Position numbers and translations under genes: made by a program
Notes under the pieces: model-generated
What the model saw: the letters and a program-made list of their open reading frames with translations, nothing else
What the model was told of the DNA's origin: nothing
The model's database searches: none
Shown: positions 30,966 through 41,330 of the stretch, in pieces
Position numbering within the stretch: position 1 is the first letter of the stretch
How the letters are laid out: every line of letters begins with the position of its first letter
Virus record (IMG/VR): IMGVR_UViG_3300044631_002183
Coordinates: 32,001-96,000 of that record
From: a virus
Reading direction: 5' to 3' (one strand)
Length of the DNA: 64,000 nucleotides

Positions 30966-32425
30966 AGAACTTCGCCATCACCAGAGTCATCAAGTTCGGG
31001 CCTCAAAGCTTTAGCAGACAAAACATCCTCTAAAGTTCCAGTCTCCTCAACATTAAAGTTATTAATATTGAAGCTTATATAATTAGGAGCGTATTTTATC
31101 TTCTTGCCCTCTTTGATCCTAACTAAATCATGATGACCGGCGGAATCCTTGCCTTGGAAACGCGTGGCCAGAGGAATGAGCTTATGAGACCCAAACTCTG
31201 GTCCATCATCAGCAATCTCTTCGACGCTCTTGCGCCGAAAAATGGCAACGAATGACGCGAACCATTGGAGCCGATCAGATTGAGAAATCGCGCTGCTATC
31301 ATCAACGCCGTTTTCAGCGCTTCGGTTAAGTTGGCAAGCAGTCAAGATTGGAACATTCAATTCTGAGCACAGCTCTTTCAAAGCGTTGACTTTTTCGCCA
31401 ATCAACTGATATTCTTGTTTATTCTTATCAGACTCGCCGGTAAGCTTAATATAATCGTATACAATAACACATTGATTTCCTCTGCCTACCTTAGAGAAAT
31501 ACCACCGCTTCACGATAGATACAACTTCTTCAATAGGTTTACCAGCTACCTGAAGGTGATCTACTTGGTTGCTTAATGACTTAATCTTGCTTTTGCTTTC
31601 TTCGAATTTCTGGAATAGGCTCACATTCTTTTTCCAATTGCCAGTCTCAAGATGCCAAACTGGAATGCCAGTCAAAGAAGATGCTATTCTGAACTTCATG
31701 TCTATAGTAGACATTTCAGTGTCTAGAACCAAAGCTCGACAGCCTTTGTTTATCGTGGTGATCTTGATGGCTAGATCGTTCAAGATCGTTGATTTTCCGT
31801 GCTTTGGGCGGCTTACCCAAGCATAGATATTACCGGGGCGAATACCACCATAAAGACGATTAAAGTTTTGATATGGGCTAATTAAGCCAGTATCTTGGAT
31901 CGGATTATTCCCGCGTTCTTCGATAATTTCTATAACATTAGCAGTTATGTCTTCAGGCTTATTATTTTCAGCAGCATAAACACAAATCTTGCTATTATAA
32001 ATCTTATCTGATTCGTTGATGATTTCTTCGATTGGCTTTTCGGCGCATGAATTAGCAAATTTTTTGATCTCGTCTCCGGTTTGTTCTATCTCGCGGCGGA
32101 TTCTGAGTTTAAGAAGCTCCTTAGCACCTTCAATCAAGCCAGCTTGAGACGTTGGAATAAGGCAAATACTATTGACATAATTGAAAATATCAATAGACTG
32201 ATCTTTAAATGTTATGCCAAGATTCTGGCACTTCTGGGATATCAGAACTTTGTCTATCTGCTCTCCCTTATTAAAGGTCTCTTTAAAGACGCAAAAAATA
32301 GTATAATGAACCTCATTGATGAAATCGCTGTCGCTAATAAAAGCTTCAATGTCAGCAAATGAAGTTGGGAATCTGATTAGTCCAGATAATACGTATTTTT
32401 CTACCTGTAGTGAATATATCGCCAT
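30962..32425 (-). CDS. dnaB: Replicative DNA helicase DnaB
   Basis: N-terminal EKYVLSGL, Walker A RPKHGKST, TEMS, VYDYIKL, CQLNR. Confidence 0.92.
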   Translation of the reverse strand: MAIYSLQVEKYVLSGLIRFPTSFADIEAFISDSDFINEVHYTIFCVFKETFNKGEQIDKVLISQKCQNLGITFKDQSIDIFNYVNSICLIPTSQAGLIEGAKELLKLRIRREIEQTGDEIKKFANSCAEKPIEEIINESDKIYNSKICVYAAENNKPEDITANVIEIIEERGNNPIQDTGLISPYQNFNRLYGGIRPGNIYAWVSRPKHGKSTILNDLAIKITTINKGCRALVLDTEMSTIDMKFRIASSLTGIPVWHLETGNWKKNVSLFQKFEESKSKIKSLSNQVDHLQVAGKPIEEVVSIVKRWYFSKVGRGNQCVIVYDYIKLTGESDKNKQEYQLIGEKVNALKELCSELNVPILTACQLNRSAENGVDDSSAISQSDRLQWFASFVAIFRRKSVEEIADDGPEFGSHKLIPLATRFQGKDSAGHHDLVRIKEGKKIKYAPNYISFNINNFNVEETGTLEDVLSAKALRPELDDSGDGEVL

Positions 32426-32841
32426 TAAAGTTTGATGTTAAATTTATCTACGAAAAACTGCTCTGTTAGGTTTTTTACTTCATCTTCATAAATCTCCACC
32501 AATTGAAACTTATTTAAAGAAAGCCACTTTTCTTTAGCGACATCTCTCTTAATAGACTTCAAATAGTTTAGACGCGAATCTCCATGAAAGAATTTATTAT
32601 AAGCAGAGTGCTGCTTTCCATGGACCTCTACAGCTATTCTTAGAGTAGCGTTAACGATATCGACTTTGAGTCGAGATCCGAAAACAGGAAACTCTTCGTA
32701 GACAATATGATTTTTCCAGTACTGTTTAAGAAATTGCTTGGTATTAAATTGTACTTTGGATCGAGAAGCCGCCTCCCAATCTATCAAATATTGAGAGACG
32801 TTTTTGCTTACAACCTTTCCATATACATTAAAAAGCTTCAT
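32425..32841 (-). CDS. DUF559/Vsr-like endonuclease
   Basis: EEFPVFGSRLKVD...IAVEVHGKQH...RD..K pattern. Confidence 0.7.
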   Translation of the reverse strand: MKLFNVYGKVVSKNVSQYLIDWEAASRSKVQFNTKQFLKQYWKNHIVYEEFPVFGSRLKVDIVNATLRIAVEVHGKQHSAYNKFFHGDSRLNYLKSIKRDVAKEKWLSLNKFQLVEIYEDEVKNLTEQFFVDKFNIKL

Positions 32842-33953
32842 TTCTTAAGAGCGCTAATAAACTTATTGAAAAGATACTTGGTAATATCTTGATGCTCTTC
32901 TAGGAAGTTCTTTAGATTGGCCTCTCCTTGATGCTGCTTTGGCATTTCAAGGCTGTTATCGGCAAGTTCTTTGATAAGTTCGTCAGTGATGGTAATCCAA
33001 GCTCCCTTGGCATGAGCGAACTCCCAAGCCAAAAGCTGGTCTACAATCTCGTACTCGACCCAAACGCTTGATCCGTTAGAGCGGCCATACTTAATTGGAT
33101 AGCGAACTTCTCTGCCAGACTTCTCGTTAGGAGTCTTCTTAAAGACAATCTTGCACCAATGCCCGACTGGATTACCTTCTCCCTTTGCGTTAGCGTAAAT
33201 AAAATCCTTATTCCATCTCTGCTGGAATTCTAGAATCCAGTCTGAATAGTGGAGAGCAGCATTTCCGCCGCTGGCATTAGTGACCTTTGGATCGCCCTTC
33301 TCATACGGATTGATCTTAATAGAAGATCTAACCTGAGAAATAATAAAACAAACATGTCCGCGAGAAGAGAAAGCCGCAGCCATCTTCCTCAAAAGATCAG
33401 AGGTGAGCAATGCCGCTCCAGCAGTTTTATTCGCTTCGGTGGCGGACTTCGCCAGATCGTTTCTAGGAACCAATGCGTCTAGACTGTCGATAATAAAGAA
33501 ATAAATATTTCCATCATCGTTGTCTTTGATGAGTTCGCGCATAGTGTCGGTAACGAATTCGTAGTCGTTCGTTGGGATCACTCGCCACTTGCTTGGATCT
33601 GTATTGACGCCAGATCTTGCAACCATGTTTTCGCTCAAGCGCCCTTCAGATTTAATATAAATAATGCAACCCTTTTCTGGATGCAAGAGCTGAAAATTAC
33701 GAGCAAACGATAAAGCATTGCTGGTTTTTCCGCCTTCAGTAATTCCTGAAGACCTGATGATACCGGGATGGATTCCGCCGCCCATTTCGATATCCAAAGT
33801 AAGGCTTCCGCTGCTTACAACATAATCAATATTATTGTCAAAAGCGTAGTGGTGGTCTTTGTTTCTATTAAGAATGCTATCCAGCACCTTAAGCTTGCCT
33901 GAAGAATTTGAAACCTCGGCTTCTTCTTGGACTTCTTTTTTTGGTCTTGCCAT
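32838..33953 (-). CDS. recA: RecA/UvsX-like recombinase
   Basis: SGSLTLDIEMGGG, Walker A GITEGGKTS, IIDSLDAL, ISQVR, SGGNAALHYS. Confidence 0.92.
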   Translation of the reverse strand: MARPKKEVQEEAEVSNSSGKLKVLDSILNRNKDHHYAFDNNIDYVVSSGSLTLDIEMGGGIHPGIIRSSGITEGGKTSNALSFARNFQLLHPEKGCIIYIKSEGRLSENMVARSGVNTDPSKWRVIPTNDYEFVTDTMRELIKDNDDGNIYFFIIDSLDALVPRNDLAKSATEANKTAGAALLTSDLLRKMAAAFSSRGHVCFIISQVRSSIKINPYEKGDPKVTNASGGNAALHYSDWILEFQQRWNKDFIYANAKGEGNPVGHWCKIVFKKTPNEKSGREVRYPIKYGRSNGSSVWVEYEIVDQLLAWEFAHAKGAWITITDELIKELADNSLEMPKQHQGEANLKNFLEEHQDITKYLFNKFISALKK

Positions 33954-33954
33954 A

Positions 33955-34314
33955 TTATTTATTGTTGAAAATATTTAGAAACTGCTTGAAAGATGTGGGT
34001 TTTAAAACGACCTCAGTTGGAGGCGCGACAGGATTATCTTCTAAAACTATCTCTTCCTTTTCAAAAGAAAGAGATTGATATTTTTTGATATCGTTTAAGA
34101 AATTTTTTCCATTGTCTCCCAGAAACCAAGTAAGAGAGATGACCTTTGTCCTTCCCTTAAGGCTAATCAACCAATCAAAACCGTATTCTTCTATCAACTT
34201 GGTTGCAATTCGCATCTCATTAGGCCAATTGCAAGATTTAGTGTCAGAAAGAAATAAAATAATAATCTGCTGCTGCTGGCTTAGCTTTCTTGGTTTCTTC
34301 GTTTTAGCAGTCAT
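33955..34314 (-). CDS. Hypothetical protein
   Basis: 119-aa ORF directly upstream of recA and preceded by a promoter-like element. Confidence 0.6.
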   Translation of the reverse strand: MTAKTKKPRKLSQQQQIIILFLSDTKSCNWPNEMRIATKLIEEYGFDWLISLKGRTKVISLTWFLGDNGKNFLNDIKKYQSLSFEKEEIVLEDNPVAPPTEVVLKPTSFKQFLNIFNNK

Positions 34315-34332
34315 CGTTCCAACTATGCGTGG

Positions 34333-35394
34333 TTACGAGGATTTGTCAAGCAAAGAGATGTCGTGGGCAACCATTTTTTTCACCAAGCTCTTGAAATCGA
34401 CTTTCGGAGACCATCCAAGCTCTTGTCTGGCAGGGATTGAATTTCCCATCAATAAATCTACTTCTGCTGGTCGATAAAACTTTTCATTTACTTTAACTAA
34501 AATAGAAGAACTTGGATCATTTGATATGGCATATTTTGTTGATACGCTATACTCTTCATTTATTCCAGATCCATGCCAAATGCCATCTATACCAGCCTCA
34601 TTAAAAGCAATTTCTACAAACTCCCTGATAGAATGAGTTTCGTCGCTAGAAAGAACATAATCTTTTGGCGTATCTTGATTAAGCATTTTCCATACTCCAT
34701 CAACAAAATCTTCGGAGTCAGACCAGTCTCTTTTAGCGTCTAGATTACCTAAATTAATTGGGTCGAAAACTTTGCCGTTTTTTATAGCATGATATATTCT
34801 GGCTACGCCTTTTGTTATTTTTCTAGTAACAAACTCTTCGCCTCGCTTGACGCCTTCATGATTAAATAAAATACCGTGGATAGCGTAAAGATTGTAAGAT
34901 TCTCTATAAACTTTCACCAAGTGCCTTGCGGCGGCTTTAGAAGCTCCATATGGGCTTCTTGGGCGGATTGGATGGTTTATGTCTTGAGGGATGGCTGCAA
35001 CGTCTCCGAATTCCTCGCTAGATCCAGCAGAATAAAATCTACAATCTGGTTTGAATCTCCTTATAGCTTCGAGACATCTAGCTACTCCTGAAGCGTTGGT
35101 ATCAAATGTTTGCAATGGTATAGTCCAGCTACACCCTACAAAACTCTGAGCACCAAAATTAATAAAATAATCTGGTTGAATTTCTCTAACTATGTTGTCA
35201 ATACTGACGCTATCAGATAGATCTCCATACACAAATTTAAATCTAGGATCGTTTAAAAAATTAGTACAATTTATAAAATTTGGATTAGAGCTTCTTCTAA
35301 TCATCCCATAAATTTCAGCAGAAGTATTTTTTAGCAAATATTCCGCCATATTCGCTCCATCTTGGCCAAGAATGCCTGTGACGATGATTTTCAT
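34333..35394 (-). CDS. gmd: GDP-mannose 4,6-dehydratase
   Basis: TGILGQDG, AQSFV, SSEEFG, PRSPYGASK, GILFNHE, FVTRKIT, LGNLDAKRDW, YRPAEVDLL. Confidence 0.95.
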   Translation of the reverse strand: MKIIVTGILGQDGANMAEYLLKNTSAEIYGMIRRSSNPNFINCTNFLNDPRFKFVYGDLSDSVSIDNIVREIQPDYFINFGAQSFVGCSWTIPLQTFDTNASGVARCLEAIRRFKPDCRFYSAGSSEEFGDVAAIPQDINHPIRPRSPYGASKAAARHLVKVYRESYNLYAIHGILFNHEGVKRGEEFVTRKITKGVARIYHAIKNGKVFDPINLGNLDAKRDWSDSEDFVDGVWKMLNQDTPKDYVLSSDETHSIREFVEIAFNEAGIDGIWHGSGINEEYSVSTKYAISNDPSSSILVKVNEKFYRPAEVDLLMGNSIPARQELGWSPKVDFKSLVKKMVAHDISLLDKSS

Positions 35395-35702
35395 TAGAAC
35401 TCAATTCTGCCGAGTAAAATATCCTTCAACATAACCCAATCAGAAGCTTTAGCCCAAAGAGGGTTTTTAAAAGCTGCTGGTTTGTTTTTCTCAATGAAAA
35501 AATGCCCACTCCACGCAAATGGATACACTACGAAAGGCAGCGCTATGAACATCGGCAAAAAAAGTAAAGACTTCCAAAATACTAAATAAACACAAGTAAT
35601 AAAATAAGCAATAGTAACTAATTGTCCAAGAACGTGAAGTCTTCTGTTCCACTTATTCTTATGGAGAGTCAGATACATTTGATAGTATTCTTTAAATGTC
35701 AT
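35394..35702 (-). CDS. DUF962/Mpo1-like membrane protein
   Basis: YLTLH...NRRLHVLG, hydrophobic segment, AWSGHFFIEKNKPAAF. Confidence 0.8.
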   Translation of the reverse strand: MTFKEYYQMYLTLHKNKWNRRLHVLGQLVTIAYFITCVYLVFWKSLLFLPMFIALPFVVYPFAWSGHFFIEKNKPAAFKNPLWAKASDWVMLKDILLGRIEF

Positions 35703-36145
35703 AGGTTTGTTTTAAGCAAATCGCTTGATGAATATATTTTAGGCAAATCCAATACGATTTCAAAAATATTATTATCTTTGCAAGCCTGAGATTCCGCTGA
35801 AACAAGATTGCCTTGTTTTCTATCTCCGCTGTTAAAAAAAGAGATTCTAGATTTAGGAAAAGATTGCCTAATTTTATTTAAAGTAGCGCATTGAGTTTTA
35901 TCTTTATCGAGTGAAATTATTGAAAGGTCTACAGATCTCAAACTGGAAACAATTTTTCTTCTATGCTCTTCGTCCATGAATCGCTTAGAGCCTTTCAAAA
36001 AAACTTGTAAATCGCTATTAACTACAGCTATCAAAAAATCGCAATTCTTTTTAGCGCCATCTATATACTCTATATGTCCATAATGTATTGGATTAAAATA
36101 TCCAGATACAATTCCGATATGCAAGTCATCTAGAAGATATTTCAT
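35699..36145 (-). CDS. HIGH-family nucleotidyltransferase (cytidylyl/adenylyltransferase)
   Basis: SGYFNPIHYGH, VNSD, SGDR, YSSS; start placed at ATG 36145 (MKYLLDD). Confidence 0.85.
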   Translation of the reverse strand: MKYLLDDLHIGIVSGYFNPIHYGHIEYIDGAKKNCDFLIAVVNSDLQVFLKGSKRFMDEEHRRKIVSSLRSVDLSIISLDKDKTQCATLNKIRQSFPKSRISFFNSGDRKQGNLVSAESQACKDNNIFEIVLDLPKIYSSSDLLKTNL

Positions 36146-37103
36146 TGGAATTATTGAATATTGTATAAGCTCCATTGTAGTCAAAATCAAACTCTAGGAT
36201 ATTGTCAGAAAAAATTTCAGATATCTTTTTCTTTACGCTAGGATCGCATAGAATTAAAACAAAACCACACCCTCCTGCTCCAAGTAGTTTAGCCCCATAA
36301 GCTCCAGCATTCATGCATGTAGATATTATAGAGTCTACAGATTTAGTAGAAACATGACTTGAAATTTTAGACTTCTCAAGCCAGGCGTCATACATTAGCT
36401 TGCCCATAGACTTAATATCCTCAGAAAGAAGATGAGAATACGCTTCGTGAGCGAGCTTTAGAATAGGAGTTTTATCTTTATTTTCGTGAGATTTTGCGAC
36501 GTTATCAGAAACTCTTTGCTCATTCGAATAAATAAGCACCATTGAATCTCGAAGATGATCTCTGAATTCGTTTGTTATAGATAAAGGCTTAACAAAGAAA
36601 TCTCCATTCTTTTTTATTTCTATTGTGTTCAATCCACCATAAGCGGCCCAAATTTGATCTTGTATTCCGCCGCTCTCTTTTAGTATATTTCTTTCTATTT
36701 CTATAGCATCTTTAGCTATTTGTTTTTTAGATATTTCTTTTCCTAAAAAAGTTCTAAGCAAATGACTCATACCTACGCAGTAAGAAGAAGATCCGCCTAG
36801 TCCAGTGCGCGATGGAATGTCTGAAAATGAAATAAATTCAATTGACCCATTGATTCCAAAATATTTTAAAGTTTCTCTAATTAAAGGATTTTCTATATCA
36901 AGAAGGCTTTTCACTCGCTCGAATTTAGAATAGCTTATCGTACTTGCTTCAGATAAAATCTTAGGCTTATTTCTTATAGATAGATAAGCATATTTATTAA
37001 TAGTACATCCAAATATAAAAGATCCATGCTGACTATAAAAATCAGCATAATCAGTAGATCCGCCAAAAAACGAAACTCTAAATGGAGACTTTACTAAAAT
37101 CAT
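36126..37103 (-). CDS. hddA: GHMP sugar kinase, HddA-like (heptose-7-phosphate kinase)
   Basis: SPFRVSFFGGSTD, PSRTGLGGSSS, GIQDQ..AAYGG, GAKLLGAGGCGF. Confidence 0.8.
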   Translation of the reverse strand: MILVKSPFRVSFFGGSTDYADFYSQHGSFIFGCTINKYAYLSIRNKPKILSEASTISYSKFERVKSLLDIENPLIRETLKYFGINGSIEFISFSDIPSRTGLGGSSSYCVGMSHLLRTFLGKEISKKQIAKDAIEIERNILKESGGIQDQIWAAYGGLNTIEIKKNGDFFVKPLSITNEFRDHLRDSMVLIYSNEQRVSDNVAKSHENKDKTPILKLAHEAYSHLLSEDIKSMGKLMYDAWLEKSKISSHVSTKSVDSIISTCMNAGAYGAKLLGAGGCGFVLILCDPSVKKKISEIFSDNILEFDFDYNGAYTIFNNSNEISSR

Positions 37104-38281
37104 GAAGGCAAATCATTGACAAGAGAAGTGAGTTCGGTAATGTATTCTTTAGGAAGCTCTGGGTAATTGCCAATATACCAGCCGAAATTATGACAATGAT
37201 CAGTAACTGGAAAATTAAGATAACTGTTTCCGAAAATCCTTCTAAGATATGGCTGACGTAACTGATTGCCTCCGCCAGATAAACCGCGCCTAAACTCAAT
37301 TCCTGCATTGCGCAAAGCGGTTTCCACGTTCATTGCTAATGCCCAATCAGGCTTCTTAAGAATTAAGGTGAAAGCATAATTTGAATTACCAGTCCTATCA
37401 AAATCAACAAAAAACTTATCAGGATTTAAATTATCTAAAAAGATATCTAGATTTTCTGCTCTGATTTTATTGTTCTTATCTAGATTAGGCAATTGATTTA
37501 AAGCTAATACAGCATTGATTTCTGTTGATCTGAAATTGTGAGCTGCTTCCAAGAAAACAAAATCCTTGTTTAAATCTGGATTTTCGTTGAGAACTTTCTT
37601 TTTTAGATCTTCATCAGTCGTTTCCCTCAACATTCCATGAGATCGAAAGGCTCTAATTAATTGATATATATCATGGTTATCAGTGCAAATCATTCCTCCC
37701 TCAATGGAGGTCATGTGGTGAGCGTAATAAAATGAAAAGTTAGAAATGTCGCCGAATGTACCGACCTTTCTGCCATTAAACGTAGCGCCATGAGACTCGC
37801 AAACGTCTTCGATTAGAAGAATATTTTTTTCCTTACAAATCTGGATAAGCTCATCAGAAATACCGTTGTATCCAAGAATATGAATCAATAGAATAGCCTT
37901 AGTCCTGCTCGTAATTTTACGCTTAATATCTTCAATATCTAATGCTAGATTATTAAGCTTAATATCGCAAAATACTGGAGTGAAATCATTCTGTAAAACT
38001 GCTGCTACATCTGAAACCCAAGCCATTGGAGGCACAATAACTTCTCCTCCTTGAGGAAACTTATACTTGAGATAAAGTAAAGATAACTCATTAGCTGCGC
38101 TGCCTGAGTTTACCATTACGTTATATTTTGTTCCAAGCCACTCTCCCCATTTAGCTTCGAATTCTTTTACTTTTGAAGCATTGGTAAGAATCGGCAAAGG
38201 ATCTTGAGATAAGAAATCAATAATAGCATTTGCATCTGAGCGTGAAATGTTATTATGCATCAATGGCCACTTCATATTCAT
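37100..38281 (-). CDS. colD: DegT-fold PLP enzyme, ColD-like GDP-4-keto-6-deoxymannose 3-dehydratase
   Basis: NSGSAAN, EDVCESHGA, SFYYAHHMTSIEGG. His replaces the Schiff-base Lys, as in ColD/E1, and the E1 Fe-S Cys motif is absent. Start at 38281 (ATGA overlap). Confidence 0.75.
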   Translation of the reverse strand: MNMKWPLMHNNISRSDANAIIDFLSQDPLPILTNASKVKEFEAKWGEWLGTKYNVMVNSGSAANELSLLYLKYKFPQGGEVIVPPMAWVSDVAAVLQNDFTPVFCDIKLNNLALDIEDIKRKITSRTKAILLIHILGYNGISDELIQICKEKNILLIEDVCESHGATFNGRKVGTFGDISNFSFYYAHHMTSIEGGMICTDNHDIYQLIRAFRSHGMLRETTDEDLKKKVLNENPDLNKDFVFLEAAHNFRSTEINAVLALNQLPNLDKNNKIRAENLDIFLDNLNPDKFFVDFDRTGNSNYAFTLILKKPDWALAMNVETALRNAGIEFRRGLSGGGNQLRQPYLRRIFGNSYLNFPVTDHCHNFGWYIGNYPELPKEYITELTSLVNDLPS

Positions 38282-39186
38282 AGTCTTACGTTGGGATAAT
38301 TTTCTACAAACCAATCAACAGATTTAGATATTCCTTCTTCGATTGTCGTAAATTTAAAATTGTTAATAGATGCTAGTTTATTACCGCTTAATTTTCTAAT
38401 TTTTTGACCGCTTGGTTTAGAGGTGTCAAAAACTAGTTTCTTTTCTATGTCAAATTTCTTAGCTATTAATTCTGCGACATATCCAATTTCAGTGGGCATA
38501 TTGTTAGAAAAGATTAAAGGTTCTTTATCGAAATAATTTTCCAAAGCCCATTGAGTGAGATCTGCAATATCTTGAGTAAAAAGAAAATCTCTCTGTTGTT
38601 TTCCGTCTCCCCATACTATAAAATTTTCTCCAGTTTTAGTGGATTGAAACGCTCTATGAATTAATACAGCGACAACATGTCCAGTTTCTGAATTATAGTT
38701 ATCATTTATTCCATAGATATTTGTTGGAACAATACAGTTGTATTTTAAGCCAAATTTTTCATAACAAATTTTGCTTTGGACATCTAACATTCTTTTAGCG
38801 TATCCATATGGATAATGGACTTCAGCCGGTTCTGAATGATGGATATGTTTTTCGCAATATGGCAAAGGGGCGGAGTCAGAAAAAATGCAAGAAGACAAGA
38901 AAGATAATACTCTTTCTACTTTAGCCTCTTTGGCGGCATGAATGATATTTGTATTTATTGCTACATTATCATAAAACAAAGAATACTTTTCTTCAAGGTG
39001 ATATTTTAATCCTCCAACTTTAGCGGCACAATGAACTATGGCATCGGGATTAACGTCTTTGATGAGTTTTTCGGCTTGAGATGGGACGCGCAAATCATAA
39101 GAAGAAGAAGGAAATCCAACTCCAAAATTTAGATTAGAGCCTACTGATCCAGTTTTACCAGTAATAAGAACATTTTTATATTTCAT
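38278..39186 (-). CDS. fcl: GDP-L-fucose/colitose synthase (Fcl/ColC family)
   Basis: HCAAKVGG, LSSCIF, YGYAKR, PTNIYGINDNY, GHVV, VWGDGKQQRDF. Confidence 0.85.
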   Translation of the reverse strand: MKYKNVLITGKTGSVGSNLNFGVGFPSSSYDLRVPSQAEKLIKDVNPDAIVHCAAKVGGLKYHLEEKYSLFYDNVAINTNIIHAAKEAKVERVLSFLSSCIFSDSAPLPYCEKHIHHSEPAEVHYPYGYAKRMLDVQSKICYEKFGLKYNCIVPTNIYGINDNYNSETGHVVAVLIHRAFQSTKTGENFIVWGDGKQQRDFLFTQDIADLTQWALENYFDKEPLIFSNNMPTEIGYVAELIAKKFDIEKKLVFDTSKPSGQKIRKLSGNKLASINNFKFTTIEEGISKSVDWFVENYPNVRL

Positions 39187-39767
39187 AGTTTATCGCATTC
39201 TAAATTTAAACTCATGAGAATGCCTCCAAAATCTACGCTTTTTCCATTATCTAGAATGAAATTTTTCTTCATCGTGGGGAAATAAGCACTCGCATATGTA
39301 TCGATATAATTATGAGGCCATGTTGTGCGCCAATCCCATTCTTTTACATTAGAAAATTTTGCATTTAGAAGCTCCTTGGTTAGAGATTCTTTAGTGTGAA
39401 TATTTTTATGGAAATCCCAAGAGTCTCTTTGCGATCCCATGAACATGCTTTTAACTAAATTTTTATCGCCAGTCATTAAAAGCAGAGCCGAAGTCTTGGA
39501 GGCGTCTGGAACAGAGATTCTTAGTTTGCCTCCTTTTTTTAATTTTTTAAACCATACATCCAAAGCCTTATCTGTTTCGGAATATGATAAGTGCTCAAAC
39601 ATATGAACAGATTCAATTAAATCTATAGATTCATCATCGAAAGTGTTGAGTTCAAATGCGTTATCTATTCTATCTGCGTATTGATTGCTTGGGTCTATGT
39701 CTACATTTATATAGGTAGGCAAAGGCTTTGTTCTGCAACCTAGATTAACTTTAATTAGATTATTCAA
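39183..39767 (-). CDS. SAM-dependent methyltransferase (type 11-like)
   Basis: VNLGC, YINVD, HMFEH, LKKGGKLRISVPD. Confidence 0.8.
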   Translation of the reverse strand: MNNLIKVNLGCRTKPLPTYINVDIDPSNQYADRIDNAFELNTFDDESIDLIESVHMFEHLSYSETDKALDVWFKKLKKGGKLRISVPDASKTSALLLMTGDKNLVKSMFMGSQRDSWDFHKNIHTKESLTKELLNAKFSNVKEWDWRTTWPHNYIDTYASAYFPTMKKNFILDNGKSVDFGGILMSLNLECDKL

Positions 39768-40533
39768 ATTTAAATGTCCTTTCCCAAAATGGATTAGCTT
39801 TTGTCCAGTTGTTGTAGTCTATAACTAAATCTGGCTCGGCATCTCCATCGTAAATTTTATTAAACAACGGCTCGTCATTTAATTCGTAAGCTAGTTGAAC
39901 TGGAATTTTATTTACGGGATCCCATGGTTTCCAATCGAATCTTGCCACTCTTCGTGGTGCATAATGCATAATGCCGCCATCTCTTTGAACCCTAAAAGCG
40001 AGATCATGGGTGTTCATATTTATATGCTCCCAACGGCAATCTAATCCGCCAAGTCTCCTATAGTTTTCTAAAGTATACATAAATTGGGGAGCTATTTTCC
40101 AATTTCTATTAACTAATTTTTTATGTAGACCGCTATGATAATCACATGTCCAGTATTGTGGAATAGTATGTTGATTACCTGTAAAGCTTTGGCCTTCTGA
40201 GTATATCATTATCATGCCATCTTTTTCGCTTTTACTATCCATTATCTCTATGCATTCTGCTAAGGCACCGTGTTCCAAAATACAATCATCAGAAAGTGAA
40301 AAGATATACTTTCCAGTCGCTACTGTTGAAGCAAGTTGAAAACATCTAGATGGAGACCCAAAATCTCTAATATAAATAAAATTTATAACAGAAGCTAGTT
40401 CGGGGGGCGGAAAGTTAGGGCCGCAACAAATTAACTGAAAAGATGCGCCTAGTTGTTGGCGTAGATCATTATATATATTTAACCAATTATCTGATCTTAT
40501 GCCAGAGACTACTACAGAAATCTTGTATTTCAT
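39760..40533 (-). CDS. GT-A (GT2-like) glycosyltransferase, paralogue 1
   Basis: ISVVV..IR, ATGKYIFSLSDD, LGGLD, DLAFR. Confidence 0.7.
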   Translation of the reverse strand: MKYKISVVVSGIRSDNWLNIYNDLRQQLGASFQLICCGPNFPPPELASVINFIYIRDFGSPSRCFQLASTVATGKYIFSLSDDCILEHGALAECIEIMDSKSEKDGMIMIYSEGQSFTGNQHTIPQYWTCDYHSGLHKKLVNRNWKIAPQFMYTLENYRRLGGLDCRWEHINMNTHDLAFRVQRDGGIMHYAPRRVARFDWKPWDPVNKIPVQLAYELNDEPLFNKIYDGDAEPDLVIDYNNWTKANPFWERTFKFE

Positions 40534-41330
40534 GTTAATAATTCATTATATGATGATGGATTAGAATTACCAAATCTTCTTTCCCATTTTTCTGGATAGA
40601 ATTTATGGTTATTTATATCTATATTTTTTCTGCTCGCGTATTGATAATTCCATATACTCCAGAACAAAGGAGTGTCTAATTGTTCTTGGGCTATTTGTAT
40701 TGGTTTATGCTCTAAACCTTTAGATCCTCCAGACCAATCTGCAGTAGTCACATTTCCAGCAGAGTGATAAACAATAGATCCATATTTTTGTAATCTAATA
40801 AGCAGATCAGCTCCAGCTTGAGTTAAATATTCGAAACAACAATCGAAACCCCCGTATTCAATAAATAAATCTTTTTTCATTAAGAAATGTACATTGATAT
40901 TCCAGTTTTGGTTCAATGTGGGAACAGGGCAGGAGTTGGCTACTGTCCAATAATGAAGGGGAAACTCTTCTTTTACTTCGTGATTAAGGCTTTCTACATA
41001 TCTCATTGAGACTACATCATTAGATCTGCATTTCTGCTGAAATAAATCTATAGCTTCATCTATGGCGTTTTCAATAAATAAAACATCGTCTGTTGTATGG
41101 TAAATCAATTCTCCAGAGCATTCTAAAGCCGCCATGTGCGCAGATTTAGTAGGATGAGAGTATGTTTTTATAAATTTAACATTAGCTTTGTTTTTTAACT
41201 CATTAGGCAAGTCAAAAGGTCCAGCTATGACAAATTCAAAATCGTGTTTTTTACAAGATTTTAAAGCGCTTTCATATAATTGATTTAAATAGAAAGTCCT
41301 GATACTTGGCAAAAATATAGATAGTTTCAT
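40530..41330 (-). CDS. GT-A (GT2-like) glycosyltransferase, paralogue 2
   Basis: LSIFLPSIR, SGELIYHTTDD, YGGFD, DLLIR. Confidence 0.7.
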   Translation of the reverse strand: MKLSIFLPSIRTFYLNQLYESALKSCKKHDFEFVIAGPFDLPNELKNKANVKFIKTYSHPTKSAHMAALECSGELIYHTTDDVLFIENAIDEAIDLFQQKCRSNDVVSMRYVESLNHEVKEEFPLHYWTVANSCPVPTLNQNWNINVHFLMKKDLFIEYGGFDCCFEYLTQAGADLLIRLQKYGSIVYHSAGNVTTADWSGGSKGLEHKPIQIAQEQLDTPLFWSIWNYQYASRKNIDINNHKFYPEKWERRFGNSNPSSYNELLT

